From an uncultured Candidatus Poseidoniales archaeon (GTDB taxonomy: Archaea > Thermoplasmatota > Poseidoniia > Poseidoniales > Thalassarchaeaceae): a stretch of DNA of 64,000 nucleotides. The position numbers were made by a program, and so were the translations under genes. The stretch lies in assembly GCA_902625325.1 (NCBI GenBank), contig CACOAW010000004.1, positions 50,647-114,646 on the forward strand. The letters are read 5' to 3'. Of the stretch, positions 29,017 through 39,300 are shown in pieces. The notes beneath the pieces are model-generated. The model was not told where the DNA came from and did no database searches. It saw nothing but the letters and a program-made list of their open reading frames with translations. How positions within the stretch are numbered: the first letter of the stretch is position 1; the number at the start of each line of letters is the position of its first letter.

Positions 29017-29835
29017 ATGGGCCTGATGGACAGGATTCGGTCCGCTGGTAGCTCCTCCGACGCCGATGCGGGCATGGCTTCCCGGCTGGACAAGGTATCT
29101 AGGCTCTCAGTAGAACACGTGGATATCCCCACCGAGTTCAGACCCACTGATCTCGAGGCATGGCTATTCGCACCCTCAGGAACCAGGGTCGGTGTTCTAG
29201 GAGACCCACAAGCCAGTCAGGGCCAGGATAAGATACCCGAGCTCGTCGACATGGTCAAAGATAGGTTCGAGAGGCTTGAGACTGCGATGGACCTCATGGA
29301 GGCCAACATCAAGATGACGGCGCAGCAGACAGCCAAGATAGCGGCAGAGTCGGTGACCGCGGCTCCCGCAGCACCATCCTCTGAAGCCGGTGGAGGGGAC
29401 GTGATTCACACAGTGGGAGACGATGGGGAAGTCACCAGCCGACCAGTCGAGGGCCCCTCCGATATGTCAGCACCCTCAACTGCAGGCCTTGCGGGGGGTC
29501 CGGGGCTACTCGATCTCTACGAGGCCCAGTCTTTGGCGGTTAACCCCTTCTTGAAGTCCTCGGAAGCCGATGCGCTCATGCACGGCCCAAGCATGGACCC
29601 AACGAAGATCGTCGCCCTTCTTCTAGATCATCTGTCTGGGTCAGACACGCTAAACTTCCTGAAGGCGGCATCTAAATCAGGGGTAATCACAGCCTCTGAA
29701 GAGAAGGCGCTAGTCGCAATAGCGAGCCTTGCAGATCCCGGAGAGCAATCAGAAGAGGCTCCATCCGTTAACAACAGGACGCTACTCACATTCGCCGCTA
29801 TGATAGAGGCCTGGAGGACCCAGGGGACTCCCTAG
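29017..29835 (+). CDS. Archaellum-locus protein of unknown function (occupies the FlaC/D/E position)
   Basis: 272 aa, soluble. Central coiled-coil 'VDMVKDRFERLETAMDLMEANIKMTAQQTAKIAAESV' and a Pro/Ala/Gly-rich linker. Position between flaB and flaF/G. Confidence 0.3.
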   Translation: MGLMDRIRSAGSSSDADAGMASRLDKVSRLSVEHVDIPTEFRPTDLEAWLFAPSGTRVGVLGDPQASQGQDKIPELVDMVKDRFERLETAMDLMEANIKMTAQQTAKIAAESVTAAPAAPSSEAGGGDVIHTVGDDGEVTSRPVEGPSDMSAPSTAGLAGGPGLLDLYEAQSLAVNPFLKSSEADALMHGPSMDPTKIVALLLDHLSGSDTLNFLKAASKSGVITASEEKALVAIASLADPGEQSEEAPSVNNRTLLTFAAMIEAWRTQGTP

Positions 29836-29848
29836 GGGGGGGATTTGA

Positions 29849-30568
29849 TTGGCTGGGTCCAGCATAGGCGCGATGGTTGTCGGCACCGTTTTCATAATGG
29901 TGTTCGGGATGGCCACTCTGACCATGGTCGAAAGCATCGACGAATCTGTCAAGAACTCCGAGTTTGAGCTGAGCGAACCAGAGGTGACAATCCTGAGCGT
30001 GACGGACAAACAGGAGTCGACGGGCCCCATTGCAGGGCTATCGTTCTCCTCACCTACTACAAACAGCGCGGGTACTGGCTACACCACTGGTGATCAGTGT
30101 GAACTAGTAAGCTCGGGGACTGGATCTGGAGCGTCGGTTAATATTATTGTAACAGCAGGCGAAATTGTCGGCTTCGGGTTCAATCTCGTGCCAGGGAACG
30201 GATATTCGATAGGGGAGATAGTTACGATTAATTGCGGATCAAGCCCCAACTCTGGCGATTACTCAGTATCAAGCATCGAAGATCAGAATACTGTAACAGT
30301 CATTAACACAGGTTCTGAAACGGTAGACCTATCCCATATTTTCATGACTCTCTCGGACACTGGGACAAAAGCCCAAGGAACCCCATTCACTCCCTTTGTG
30401 AACCACTATTCCGGTTCCAATCTGTACCTCTTTCCCGGTGAGCAACTAACCACGGATGCATTCCCTTTGGACTCCACCACTCATGGATTTGAGATAGATG
30501 CCGACCCAGACAGGGCCTTCCTTGCTATATACGACTACAACGACGCGAAGAACGTTACAGTTACCTGA
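29849..30568 (+). CDS. FlaF/FlaG-like archaellum protein (N-terminal TM plus beta-rich domain)
   Basis: 'SIGAMVVGTVFIMVFGMATLTMV' archaellin-like hydrophobic N-terminus; 239 aa; operon position. Confidence 0.5.
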   Translation: MAGSSIGAMVVGTVFIMVFGMATLTMVESIDESVKNSEFELSEPEVTILSVTDKQESTGPIAGLSFSSPTTNSAGTGYTTGDQCELVSSGTGSGASVNIIVTAGEIVGFGFNLVPGNGYSIGEIVTINCGSSPNSGDYSVSSIEDQNTVTVINTGSETVDLSHIFMTLSDTGTKAQGTPFTPFVNHYSGSNLYLFPGEQLTTDAFPLDSTTHGFEIDADPDRAFLAIYDYNDAKNVTVT

Positions 30569-30580
30569 GGAGAGAAAGCA

Positions 30581-31066
30581 ATGGCAGCAAGCGGACCTTC
30601 AGAGATAATCCTCCTCAGTGCGGGCCTTATTGTCGCAGCACTGGTCTCCGGAATCCTACTGCAGACTTGGGATGACATGGATGACGTTCTCGATGAGAGG
30701 GGCAAACAGGGGGCAGAGGATGTCAGGACGCGAGTCTCCCTGGTCTCCGACCCAATCAACATCCAATGGGACAACAGCGACAATGTCAAAATCCACCTTC
30801 AGAACTCTGGGGACACCTTCTTGGACGTAAACTCAGTGGGAGCTGTGATAGGAGGCACAACGATGACAGTGACAGTAACTGACGGTGTTACCACGGAATG
30901 GCTCCCGGGGGACGTTGTTCAGTTCACGCTCACAAACTCAGACCTTGACTCGTCGCTTTCAGAAGGGGACAATGATCTCCTCATGACAGTCAGCGTCTCA
31001 TCAACAGCGACCGGTTACACAGGACTCGATACACTAAGGGAGGAAATAAGAATTGTCAAGCCCTAA
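30581..31066 (+). CDS. FlaG/FlaF-like archaellum protein
   Basis: 'EIILLSAGLIVAALVSGILL' N-terminal TM, then a 140-aa beta-rich domain; 161 aa. Confidence 0.5.
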   Translation: MAASGPSEIILLSAGLIVAALVSGILLQTWDDMDDVLDERGKQGAEDVRTRVSLVSDPINIQWDNSDNVKIHLQNSGDTFLDVNSVGAVIGGTTMTVTVTDGVTTEWLPGDVVQFTLTNSDLDSSLSEGDNDLLMTVSVSSTATGYTGLDTLREEIRIVKP

Positions 31067-31751
31067 CGTAGACAACTTCGATTTCGGCGTCATCCAAGAC
31101 AGCCTTGGCCAGAGCATGGGAACCGCTATCCCTAACAGGGCGCTCATGCTTGTTTGTGGAGGGATCGGCTCAGGAAAAAGCATCATGGGACAGCGCATGT
31201 CTTTCGGAATGACTGCGAACGATGTCAAAGTGTCGCTATTCACGACAGAGCTGACTACAAGGGGATGGCTGGAGCAAGTGTCCAGCATTGGATACTACAT
31301 GGACAAGAGAATCGACGAGGGCTCATTCCACCTCGTATCCAGCTTCGGAGTAATCGCAGAACCATCCGACGATCAAGTCACCATACTGGATCTCCTCGAG
31401 TCTCCAGCCTCTAAGGAAGCAGAGGTGGTAATCATAGACAGGGCCTCCGAGCTAATGCCAGAGGAGACTTCAGGAAAAGAACTTTTGAGAATTCTGAGGA
31501 AATTCACTTCCGAAGGCCGGACCCTTATTCTGACCCTTGATCCGGATGAGATGGATAACAACACACTGAGGGATATGAAGAACTCTGCCGAGGTAGTCCT
31601 CGATATGATGACCGCGGTAGTAGGGGGGCAGCTCGTCAGGACTGTCAGTGTCACCAGGTTCCTAAGGGCCGCGGGACCAGTTACTGAGAGAATCGGATGG
31701 AAGGTTATGCCCGAGATGGGATTCATCGTGGATATCACAGCTGTAGCATGA
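31053..31751 (+). CDS. flaH: Archaellum ATP-binding protein FlaH/ArlH (KaiC/RecA-like)
   Basis: Walker A 'VCGGIGSGKS', Walker B 'VVIID'; 232 aa. Confidence 0.85.
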   Translation: MSSPNVDNFDFGVIQDSLGQSMGTAIPNRALMLVCGGIGSGKSIMGQRMSFGMTANDVKVSLFTTELTTRGWLEQVSSIGYYMDKRIDEGSFHLVSSFGVIAEPSDDQVTILDLLESPASKEAEVVIIDRASELMPEETSGKELLRILRKFTSEGRTLILTLDPDEMDNNTLRDMKNSAEVVLDMMTAVVGGQLVRTVSVTRFLRAAGPVTERIGWKVMPEMGFIVDITAVA

Positions 31752-31761
31752 GGTTGATTGA

Positions 31762-33510
31762 ATGGTTACTGAGCAAGAGTCCAACGAAGAAGGCCGAAAA
31801 GAGCCAGAGTTCAATATCGAGCCTGGCGACCTCGGCGGTCTCATGGCCGAGTACCCACATATCCGCGAATGGGTCGAGCAATTCGAGGCAGAGCATGGCT
31901 CCAGGCCGATTTACTATGGCCCCCTAGACAGGGATGCGAAGAGCGTCAGCCCACGTAACCTGATTTACGCCACAAAGCCTCCTTGCTTCGCACATGTTTA
32001 CTCCCCTCCTGAGGGAGCCGAAGGAGCAGGGAACACCTTCTGGTTCGGGCTAGAGCCCACCATCACAGAGGAGGAGGACGAAATCAGGGACCGTATCGTG
32101 GAGAGGCTCCTCAGAGACGCCCCCCAGAAGGAGCGATTCGACAATGACGAGGAATTCATCGCAATGATTCACGAAATGATGGATGAAATGACCACCACCA
32201 CTACATCATCCCTTCTCTCCAATCCAGTTGTAAACCAAGCAAGGGAACTAATAGGCATGGGAGAGGCTCCAATCAAAGTCACACCGGAACAACTCGACCG
32301 TCTCAAGTACGTGGTGGTCAGGGACTTGGTTAACAACGGCCCTCTAGAGACACTTCTAGCCGACGAGATGCTGGAGGATATACACTCGATCGGACTATCT
32401 CGGATAAATATGGATCACAAGGTCTTCCCTATGCTAACCTCAAATATCGCATTCAGGGATCAGGAGCTTCTCACCAAGTACCTGAGGTCGATGTCAGAAA
32501 GGATAGGGAGACCAGTATCTGACAGCAAGCCGATCGTCGACGGTGCCCTACTAGATGGGTCCAGAATCAACATAATCTACAGCGATGACGTCTCCATCCA
32601 GGGTTCTTCATTCACAATAAGGAAGTTCGCTGAGGAGACCATATCCATCATCCAGTTGATCAAGTGGAAGACACTATCCGCTCAGATGGCCGCATATATC
32701 TGGCTTGGTCTGGAGTCCGGGATGTCCATGCTGGTCTCAGGGGAGACGGCCTCCGGAAAGACCACCACGCTGAACGCGGTACTCCCATTCATAGATCACA
32801 ACGTCAAGATATACACAGCAGAGGACACTCCTGAGGTCAAGGTAGCCCACACAATATGGCAAAGGCTAATCACCAGGGACTCAAAGAATGAGGACTCCAG
32901 AGTGGAGATGTTCGATCTGCTCAAGGCCGCACTAAGATCCAGACCCCGATACATCATCATAGGGGAGATCAGGGGGGTAGAGGGAGCAATCGCCTTCCAA
33001 GCTATGCAGACAGGGCACCCCGTGGTCGGTACCTTCCACGCCTCTAACATCGTCAAGCTAATCCAGAGATTCACAGGAGACCCGATCAACGTCCCAGCCC
33101 GATTCTTCGACAACCTGAACTTCGCAATCTTCCAGGAAGTTGTCGAGGCCCCAGGAGGGGGCATAGCCAGGAGGATCACCGGCGTCAGCGAAGTGATTGG
33201 ATTCGACAAGACCGCTGACGGTATCCTCACCAGGAACATGTTCGAATGGGATCCAGTGGCAGACGAGGTCTACTTCAGAGGGATGTTCCAGTCCGATATG
33301 CTGGAGAACAAGATCGCCCCCCGGATGGGATTCCGGAGCAAACGAGACATCTACGATGAGTTGCAGAGAAGGACAGAGGCCATCCAGAGGATGTGCGACA
33401 GAGACCTCACTCACTACGATGACGTGTTCGACCTACTAGACGTGTACTACAAAGAGGGTTGGGACAGGTTCGCATCCGCACTGGAGACCTGGACGGGAGT
33501 CAATCACTAG
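31762..33510 (+). CDS. flaI: Archaellum motor ATPase FlaI/ArlI
   Basis: Walker A 'VSGETASGKTTTLNA', 'IIIGEIRG' (Walker B/Asp box), 'GHPVVGTFHA' His box; 582 aa. Confidence 0.9.
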   Translation: MVTEQESNEEGRKEPEFNIEPGDLGGLMAEYPHIREWVEQFEAEHGSRPIYYGPLDRDAKSVSPRNLIYATKPPCFAHVYSPPEGAEGAGNTFWFGLEPTITEEEDEIRDRIVERLLRDAPQKERFDNDEEFIAMIHEMMDEMTTTTTSSLLSNPVVNQARELIGMGEAPIKVTPEQLDRLKYVVVRDLVNNGPLETLLADEMLEDIHSIGLSRINMDHKVFPMLTSNIAFRDQELLTKYLRSMSERIGRPVSDSKPIVDGALLDGSRINIIYSDDVSIQGSSFTIRKFAEETISIIQLIKWKTLSAQMAAYIWLGLESGMSMLVSGETASGKTTTLNAVLPFIDHNVKIYTAEDTPEVKVAHTIWQRLITRDSKNEDSRVEMFDLLKAALRSRPRYIIIGEIRGVEGAIAFQAMQTGHPVVGTFHASNIVKLIQRFTGDPINVPARFFDNLNFAIFQEVVEAPGGGIARRITGVSEVIGFDKTADGILTRNMFEWDPVADEVYFRGMFQSDMLENKIAPRMGFRSKRDIYDELQRRTEAIQRMCDRDLTHYDDVFDLLDVYYKEGWDRFASALETWTGVNH

Positions 33511-33522
33511 GACTGATTCCAT

Positions 33523-35325
33523 ATGGAGGACAAGGCCAGCACATGGGAGATCGCCCTCCTCCGGCTGGGAATGCCATTCAGGAACTACCTCCTTTTCTTC
33601 GCACTGCCAGTGTCCTTAGTTGGGCTCGTCGCCGGTCTTGCAGTTTGGTATACCGTGAGCGATGTCATTACGGGACCTTCCGCAGTACTGATGATTCTCC
33701 TATTCCCGGCACTGGCCTTTGCCGGCACTCTTGCTTATCCGGTGGCACAGGTTTCAGCAGAGGCAATCCAGATAGAGCAGGATATGCACATGTTCATGAC
33801 GAGGATGGGCATTCTTTCCATGGGAGAGTCGGCCGAGAAGGGGATGTTCGACGTACTGAAGGAGATGGGTGACTATGGAGCACTGGCTCACGAGATCCAA
33901 GCGATAGAGACACTAGTCACCAAATGGCATACTAACCTACCCGAGGCGGCAAGAATAGTCGGAAGACAGAGCCCGTCGGCTATATGGAGCGACTTCCTAG
34001 ACAGGATGGCCTTCTCCGTGGAAGTAGGGCAACCAATCGGGGAGTTCTTCTCCAGTGAGAACGAGACCTTCGAGCAGGCCTACACCACCATCTACGATGC
34101 TAGGCTCGAGCAGTTGGATACTCTAAGGGAGACCTTCGTGTCCCTCACTACTACAGGGCTTCTTCTTCTAGTGGTTTCCGGACTCCATCTAATACTCTTC
34201 CAGACGGGATCAGAGACCTCGAATCCCTTCGAGGTGATACTCAGAGCGAGGTGGGTTCTCCTCACGGGGACACTCTTCGCTTTGCTACAGATTGGAGCAT
34301 GGTACCTATTCACTCTGGTTATTCCGGACGAGGACCTCTTCGCCAAACACGGATTCAACACAGAACAGGCGATTGACATGCGTAGATCGTGGATTTTCGC
34401 GGGCATACTCGGTACGGTAATGGTACTAATCATCTCCACTGTCTTCATTATCTACGGGACGGACATCCTGTTCGAACAGTGGAACTACTTCGGACTTCTG
34501 GTGATTGCTGCTATGATGTCGCCATTGCTCGCACCAGCCCTACTGACCCTCCAGGAGGAGGCAAGAGTGAGAAGGAGGGACGAAGCTTTCCCAGAGTTCA
34601 TTCGAGCCTTCGGTGGAACCGCACAGGCCAGGGCGCAGGAACCCAGCGCCATGGTTAAGGCACTGTCAGGTATTGATTTCGGAGCCCTAGACGACTCAAT
34701 CTCCAATCTCGAGAAGAGGTTGTCCATGAGGATAGACAGCGACTACTCTTGGGATTGGTTCGCAGCCGACAACAATTCAATGCTAGTATCCAGGTTCACA
34801 AGGGTATTCATCGAGGGATCCTCTTCCACTGGTGAGGCTGGTCTGGTCGGAGACATGGTCTCCCAGAGTACGACTAGTTTGCTAGGGCTCCGGCAGAGGA
34901 GACAGATTTCAGCCAACGTGATGAGGAGCGTCTCCTACGGTCTCCTCATCGCAATGATCATCGCACTAAACATCACTACATCGATCATCGCTGGTTTGGG
35001 TGAGACGATAGCATCGGTGGCTGCGGGCCTGGTCGATGGAGCGGGCGAGGTCGGTACTGCGGCCGGAGGCGTGGACGTCGCGTTACCGGCTTTGGCCGAA
35101 ACGGGAGGGATTGAACAGAATATCCGAGTCTTCCAATACATGGGATCTTTCCTCATCGTAATCTCCATTGTCATTCTCGGCCTCATCACTGCGAGAATAA
35201 GGGGTGGCGGGACCACACTGGTCCTCGGACAGATGATCCAGATGATGTGGGTGGCAGGCCTGGCGAACTTCTTCAGCGCATGGATCCTGGACCAGTCCGT
35301 GGGCCTTTTCCAGTCAGGGGCATAG
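33523..35325 (+). CDS. flaJ: Archaellum membrane platform protein FlaJ/ArlJ
   Basis: 600 aa polytopic membrane protein with two cytoplasmic domains (TadB/C-like architecture) directly after flaI. Confidence 0.8.
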   Translation: MEDKASTWEIALLRLGMPFRNYLLFFALPVSLVGLVAGLAVWYTVSDVITGPSAVLMILLFPALAFAGTLAYPVAQVSAEAIQIEQDMHMFMTRMGILSMGESAEKGMFDVLKEMGDYGALAHEIQAIETLVTKWHTNLPEAARIVGRQSPSAIWSDFLDRMAFSVEVGQPIGEFFSSENETFEQAYTTIYDARLEQLDTLRETFVSLTTTGLLLLVVSGLHLILFQTGSETSNPFEVILRARWVLLTGTLFALLQIGAWYLFTLVIPDEDLFAKHGFNTEQAIDMRRSWIFAGILGTVMVLIISTVFIIYGTDILFEQWNYFGLLVIAAMMSPLLAPALLTLQEEARVRRRDEAFPEFIRAFGGTAQARAQEPSAMVKALSGIDFGALDDSISNLEKRLSMRIDSDYSWDWFAADNNSMLVSRFTRVFIEGSSSTGEAGLVGDMVSQSTTSLLGLRQRRQISANVMRSVSYGLLIAMIIALNITTSIIAGLGETIASVAAGLVDGAGEVGTAAGGVDVALPALAETGGIEQNIRVFQYMGSFLIVISIVILGLITARIRGGGTTLVLGQMIQMMWVAGLANFFSAWILDQSVGLFQSGA

Positions 35326-35358
35326 CTATAGCGCAGAAGACTTGATGCTATTCGCCAT

Positions 35359-36363
35359 TTGCCAACAGTCGTGGCCGACCCTCTCCTGTCCACCCTGAGA
35401 ATCTCGATTCTAACTATCTTCATGGCCGCTGCAGCACGTTCAGACTTCGAGACACTGTCAGTAAGGGACAGACACTGGATCAGATGGTCTGGTCCGGTTG
35501 TACTCATTCTCTTGGCGGAGATGACATCCGAGAACATGGGTCTGGCCAACTTCTGCATGGTATTTTCATTAGTTGCAATCTTCTCTTTCTGCTTCTCTGT
35601 TCCCCCGGATCCACGAGAGTTCAGAGACTGGAATCAAAACCAGGCTCTCCTATCGGTTGTGTATGCGCTAGGTTTAGTTGGATTCCTATACGGAGCTAAC
35701 GCCTACTCGGATACAAATTTCGTAGATTTGGTTCTGGGCGATGAATCAAAGGAAACAACTCTCTGGTGGAGCATGAATGGAGCGTTCTTGACCTCTGCGA
35801 TTTTCTATGGTTCGTGGAGGATAGGGCTAATCCAGGGAGGGGCGGATGTAAAGGCGCTCATTCTTGTAACTCTGGTATTCCCCTCATGGTCATTCGTACC
35901 GGATCAGATGTATCCTCTAGTGGAAGACCCACTATTCCGAATGCCTCCATCAATGGTTCTCTTCATATGGGCCGCTGCTGCATTCCTAGTCGCACCACCA
36001 ATAATCTTCATTCAAAATGCCGCGAGAGGTAACATTTCTTCAATATCAGATATTAAGATGGCATGGCACGCAACGAAAAGAAGAATCTCCGATATCAAGG
36101 AAACTCCAGATTCTGGATCATACCAATCTTGGATTCTAACTGAAGCCATTGAGAAAAGCGGAGAGATGAGTGCAGTAGATCGGATACTCCCCTCTAGGAG
36201 ATTATCAAATGCCCGAGACGAGTACAAGCAGCTCGAGCTTCTCGAGGAATTGGGCTTGGACAGTGTCTGGATAACTACTAAGCATCCATTTCTAGTCTAC
36301 CTTTTCTTGGCAATACTTCCAATGCTCCTCTTTGGAGATCCTCTGTCATACCTGATTAGATGA
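35359..36363 (+). CDS. flaK: Preflagellin/prepilin peptidase FlaK/PibD (A24 family)
   Basis: Polytopic protein; 'AARSDFETLSVRD' first Asp region and 'GLIQGGADVKALILV' second catalytic Asp motif. Confidence 0.65.
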   Translation: MPTVVADPLLSTLRISILTIFMAAAARSDFETLSVRDRHWIRWSGPVVLILLAEMTSENMGLANFCMVFSLVAIFSFCFSVPPDPREFRDWNQNQALLSVVYALGLVGFLYGANAYSDTNFVDLVLGDESKETTLWWSMNGAFLTSAIFYGSWRIGLIQGGADVKALILVTLVFPSWSFVPDQMYPLVEDPLFRMPPSMVLFIWAAAAFLVAPPIIFIQNAARGNISSISDIKMAWHATKRRISDIKETPDSGSYQSWILTEAIEKSGEMSAVDRILPSRRLSNARDEYKQLELLEELGLDSVWITTKHPFLVYLFLAILPMLLFGDPLSYLIR

Positions 36364-39300
36364 AGTCCTCCAGAGTCATCACGGTAACCTTGTCATTGTT
36401 GAACAACGAGTCCACGCTCGAAGACATCCACCCAACCCTGTGCTTTGTGTAGTCATCTATCCCGAATTCACTCATGATATCCTCAGTTATCTGGATGTAC
36501 TTCCTAACAGCGCCCTCAGAGACGGTCAGTACTACGTTCCCTCCGCAACCCGAATCCAACTCTCCTCCTGAGAATCCCCCAGATGCCGGCTTATTCTTGA
36601 TACACTTTCCTGCCAGAGGCATCCTCCGGTAGGACTCTCCGCACTTCACACATCTTATTTTCTGTCTGGTATATGCCATCAGATTGCCCCTCATGTCCGG
36701 TAGGAAGTGCGATTCGATTACCTGCTTAGCGACTCTATCTGCAGCAACTGAGCGTAGAACCTTGCCTAGACTCAGCTGACTGTCTAATTTGTCCTTCATC
36801 GTGACTAGAGTCTTGTATGAGGAATTCTCCGGCCCCGCGTCCAATGGTCCAGAATCGTGAGTCCACCCGTAGCCCCGTATCTCACCAATCATGCCAAGCC
36901 TATCCTCTACAATGTCCATCAGATCCCTGATTTCCTTCGGATGCGGTCGGTCCAGAGTAGACTCGTAGAAATCTCTGCTGTAGAACCAAGCGCAATCCAC
37001 GTTCAAAGCCTCCTTGTCGATCTCACTCGGATTAAGACGGGTCGTCAGGACTAGAGGGGCATCCATCCTACCCCCCCTGTTTGCAGGCAGGATAATCTGT
37101 GTAAAATTCAGTAGACCATCCATCAGCATCATTATGCTATCCTCGTCCCCATCGCAGTTACGCCTCTTAGCAGCATGAAATAGTGGGTGGGCGTAGCCTG
37201 CGGAGGCATCGGTCCACCCAATTATTCGGCATGCTACACCTCCTGAGGTATGGGGCGCAAGCCCAATCGCGATATGCCCAACAATGTCTTCCAGGCTCTT
37301 AGCCATGTAGAATGGTGGCATTTCGTAGAATCTAGTCAAAAGATCATCCACGAAAGAGCACGTCGAAAGTAGATGAGCGGAGGCTAATCTTGAAGGAATG
37401 AAGTCCTGGGGGAGCAACTCCAGTAGTTGTTCGTCGTTCTTCAATGGCTCCCCATCGTAATCATGGGTATATCCCAATTCAACAAGCCTCTTCCACGACG
37501 TGCCAATCTCTGATGGCCTGAAGTGAGTAACTGGCACGTCACTCATGTCGAACCTAGCTGTTCCGTCTCTGAAAACAGACAAACCATGTAATCCTCTTAG
37601 TATCCCTTTCTCGATTTGCTCGGGAGCCTGGTCCTTCGAGACCAATCCCTTCACTGCCTTGATTTTGCTCGGAATCCTATCTAGGCCAAGCTTCCTCCTC
37701 TTTACTTCCAGAATAGATCCTAGGTTTACTGCGGTGATTTCTCCCTTCCTACTACCTCTCCTATTTCTTGAAGGTCCCGCCAAGGTCCTGCCTCCGCATT
37801 CTATGGGTTCCTCGGGGTCCGGTCGGTGATGACAAGTTACGTGAGGTGTCTCCCTACCACACTTTTGACAAATCCTCGGACCGACTGTTACTCTGATAGC
37901 CCCTCTCGAGGATGCTTCTGAAACCAACCTCTGAGGTCCACCATTCTCTCCAATCGGGAATAGCGAGTGAACCATCGGACTCATTTCCCTAACACCGGAC
38001 TTCTCGGGTCTACCCATTCTCGCCCCGATTCTACAGGGGACAGAGTCTTCCCATCTAGGAAGCTCTGAGACCTTTCGAACCAAACTAAGAGACCTTTCAA
38101 CCAGATAGTCATCAACAGCTCTCTTTTCCCCATCTTCCGATATTTTGGAATTCAATACATCTGACACCTTTCCTACTGTCTGCGAAACCAGTGAATCAAC
38201 CTCCCTTCTGACTATCACCATCCCGTCGGCTTCTCCAAGACCCAAACCATCTAGCAGACCCTCCCAATGTAGAGGAATTACGATATCAGAACCATCATGA
38301 TGGTGAACAAGCCCTAGAGTCATCAATGAAGATTTCACTAATCCATGACGGTAAACGTCTGTCCAACGTGGCCACTCCCCAAGAATCGGATTCGCAACTC
38401 CAATTGAATCTATATCGTAGGAGTATGGCCAACCCTCCACCGATTTCCCTATCCTAAGGGAAGAACCCTCGATTTTTCCTTTAGATACAATTTCATCAGC
38501 CAAAGGAGGTAGGAATTGGATTGGCAAATCCGACCACCAGAGGTTCCATGGAGGGGGGACAGCAGTTCCAAAGCTCTCACATATCTCTTTGACCATATCC
38601 CAAGATAGGTCTAAATTTCTGAGATAGGAAACCCACTCCCTCCTCCTGTAAGATCTTTCTAATCTAGATTCTCCTCCTCGTTTAATTGCTCCATTGAATG
38701 GCATTCCAGGTGGTAATTTTCCTACTTTTACCCCGATTATCTCAGCGAAAGACTCGAGCTTCTCGTGAGAGTCAAGAGAATCTGCAAGATCAACTGACCA
38801 CCAATCTACAGAATAGGAAGATGGAGACAGAGATTTGTTATTTTCCAGAAATTCTCCATATCCAAGTAGAATTTCCCCAGCATCCCATATCGAGAGCAAT
38901 TCACCCTCGCACCTCTTCCACTCCTCCTGACTCCCGACTCTAACGAATTCCCCGTTACGCAGTAGAACGGTTGGACCGTCGATGTCCACACATGGTGTAA
39001 CTGCACAGGCCTTCCCCGGCCCCTCGATCTTCATCTGGGTCCCTACTGAAAGGAATCCACCTAATGCTTCCATTGTAATCGGATTTAGACCAGCCGCCGC
39101 AAGTCCAGTAGCTCTACTCCTTCCATATCGTAGCCTAAAGCCCCCGGGTTCTCGCGGCTCTCCGAATACAGGTCTGCCCGCAATCACATCTTCCATATAT
39201 CGTCCTTCTTTTTCTAGAACCCTACTCTTCAATTCGGCAGTTTTCGGCTTTCCATCCTTCTTCTTATCAGCGAATTTGGAAATGAAATCCCACCCCGGAA

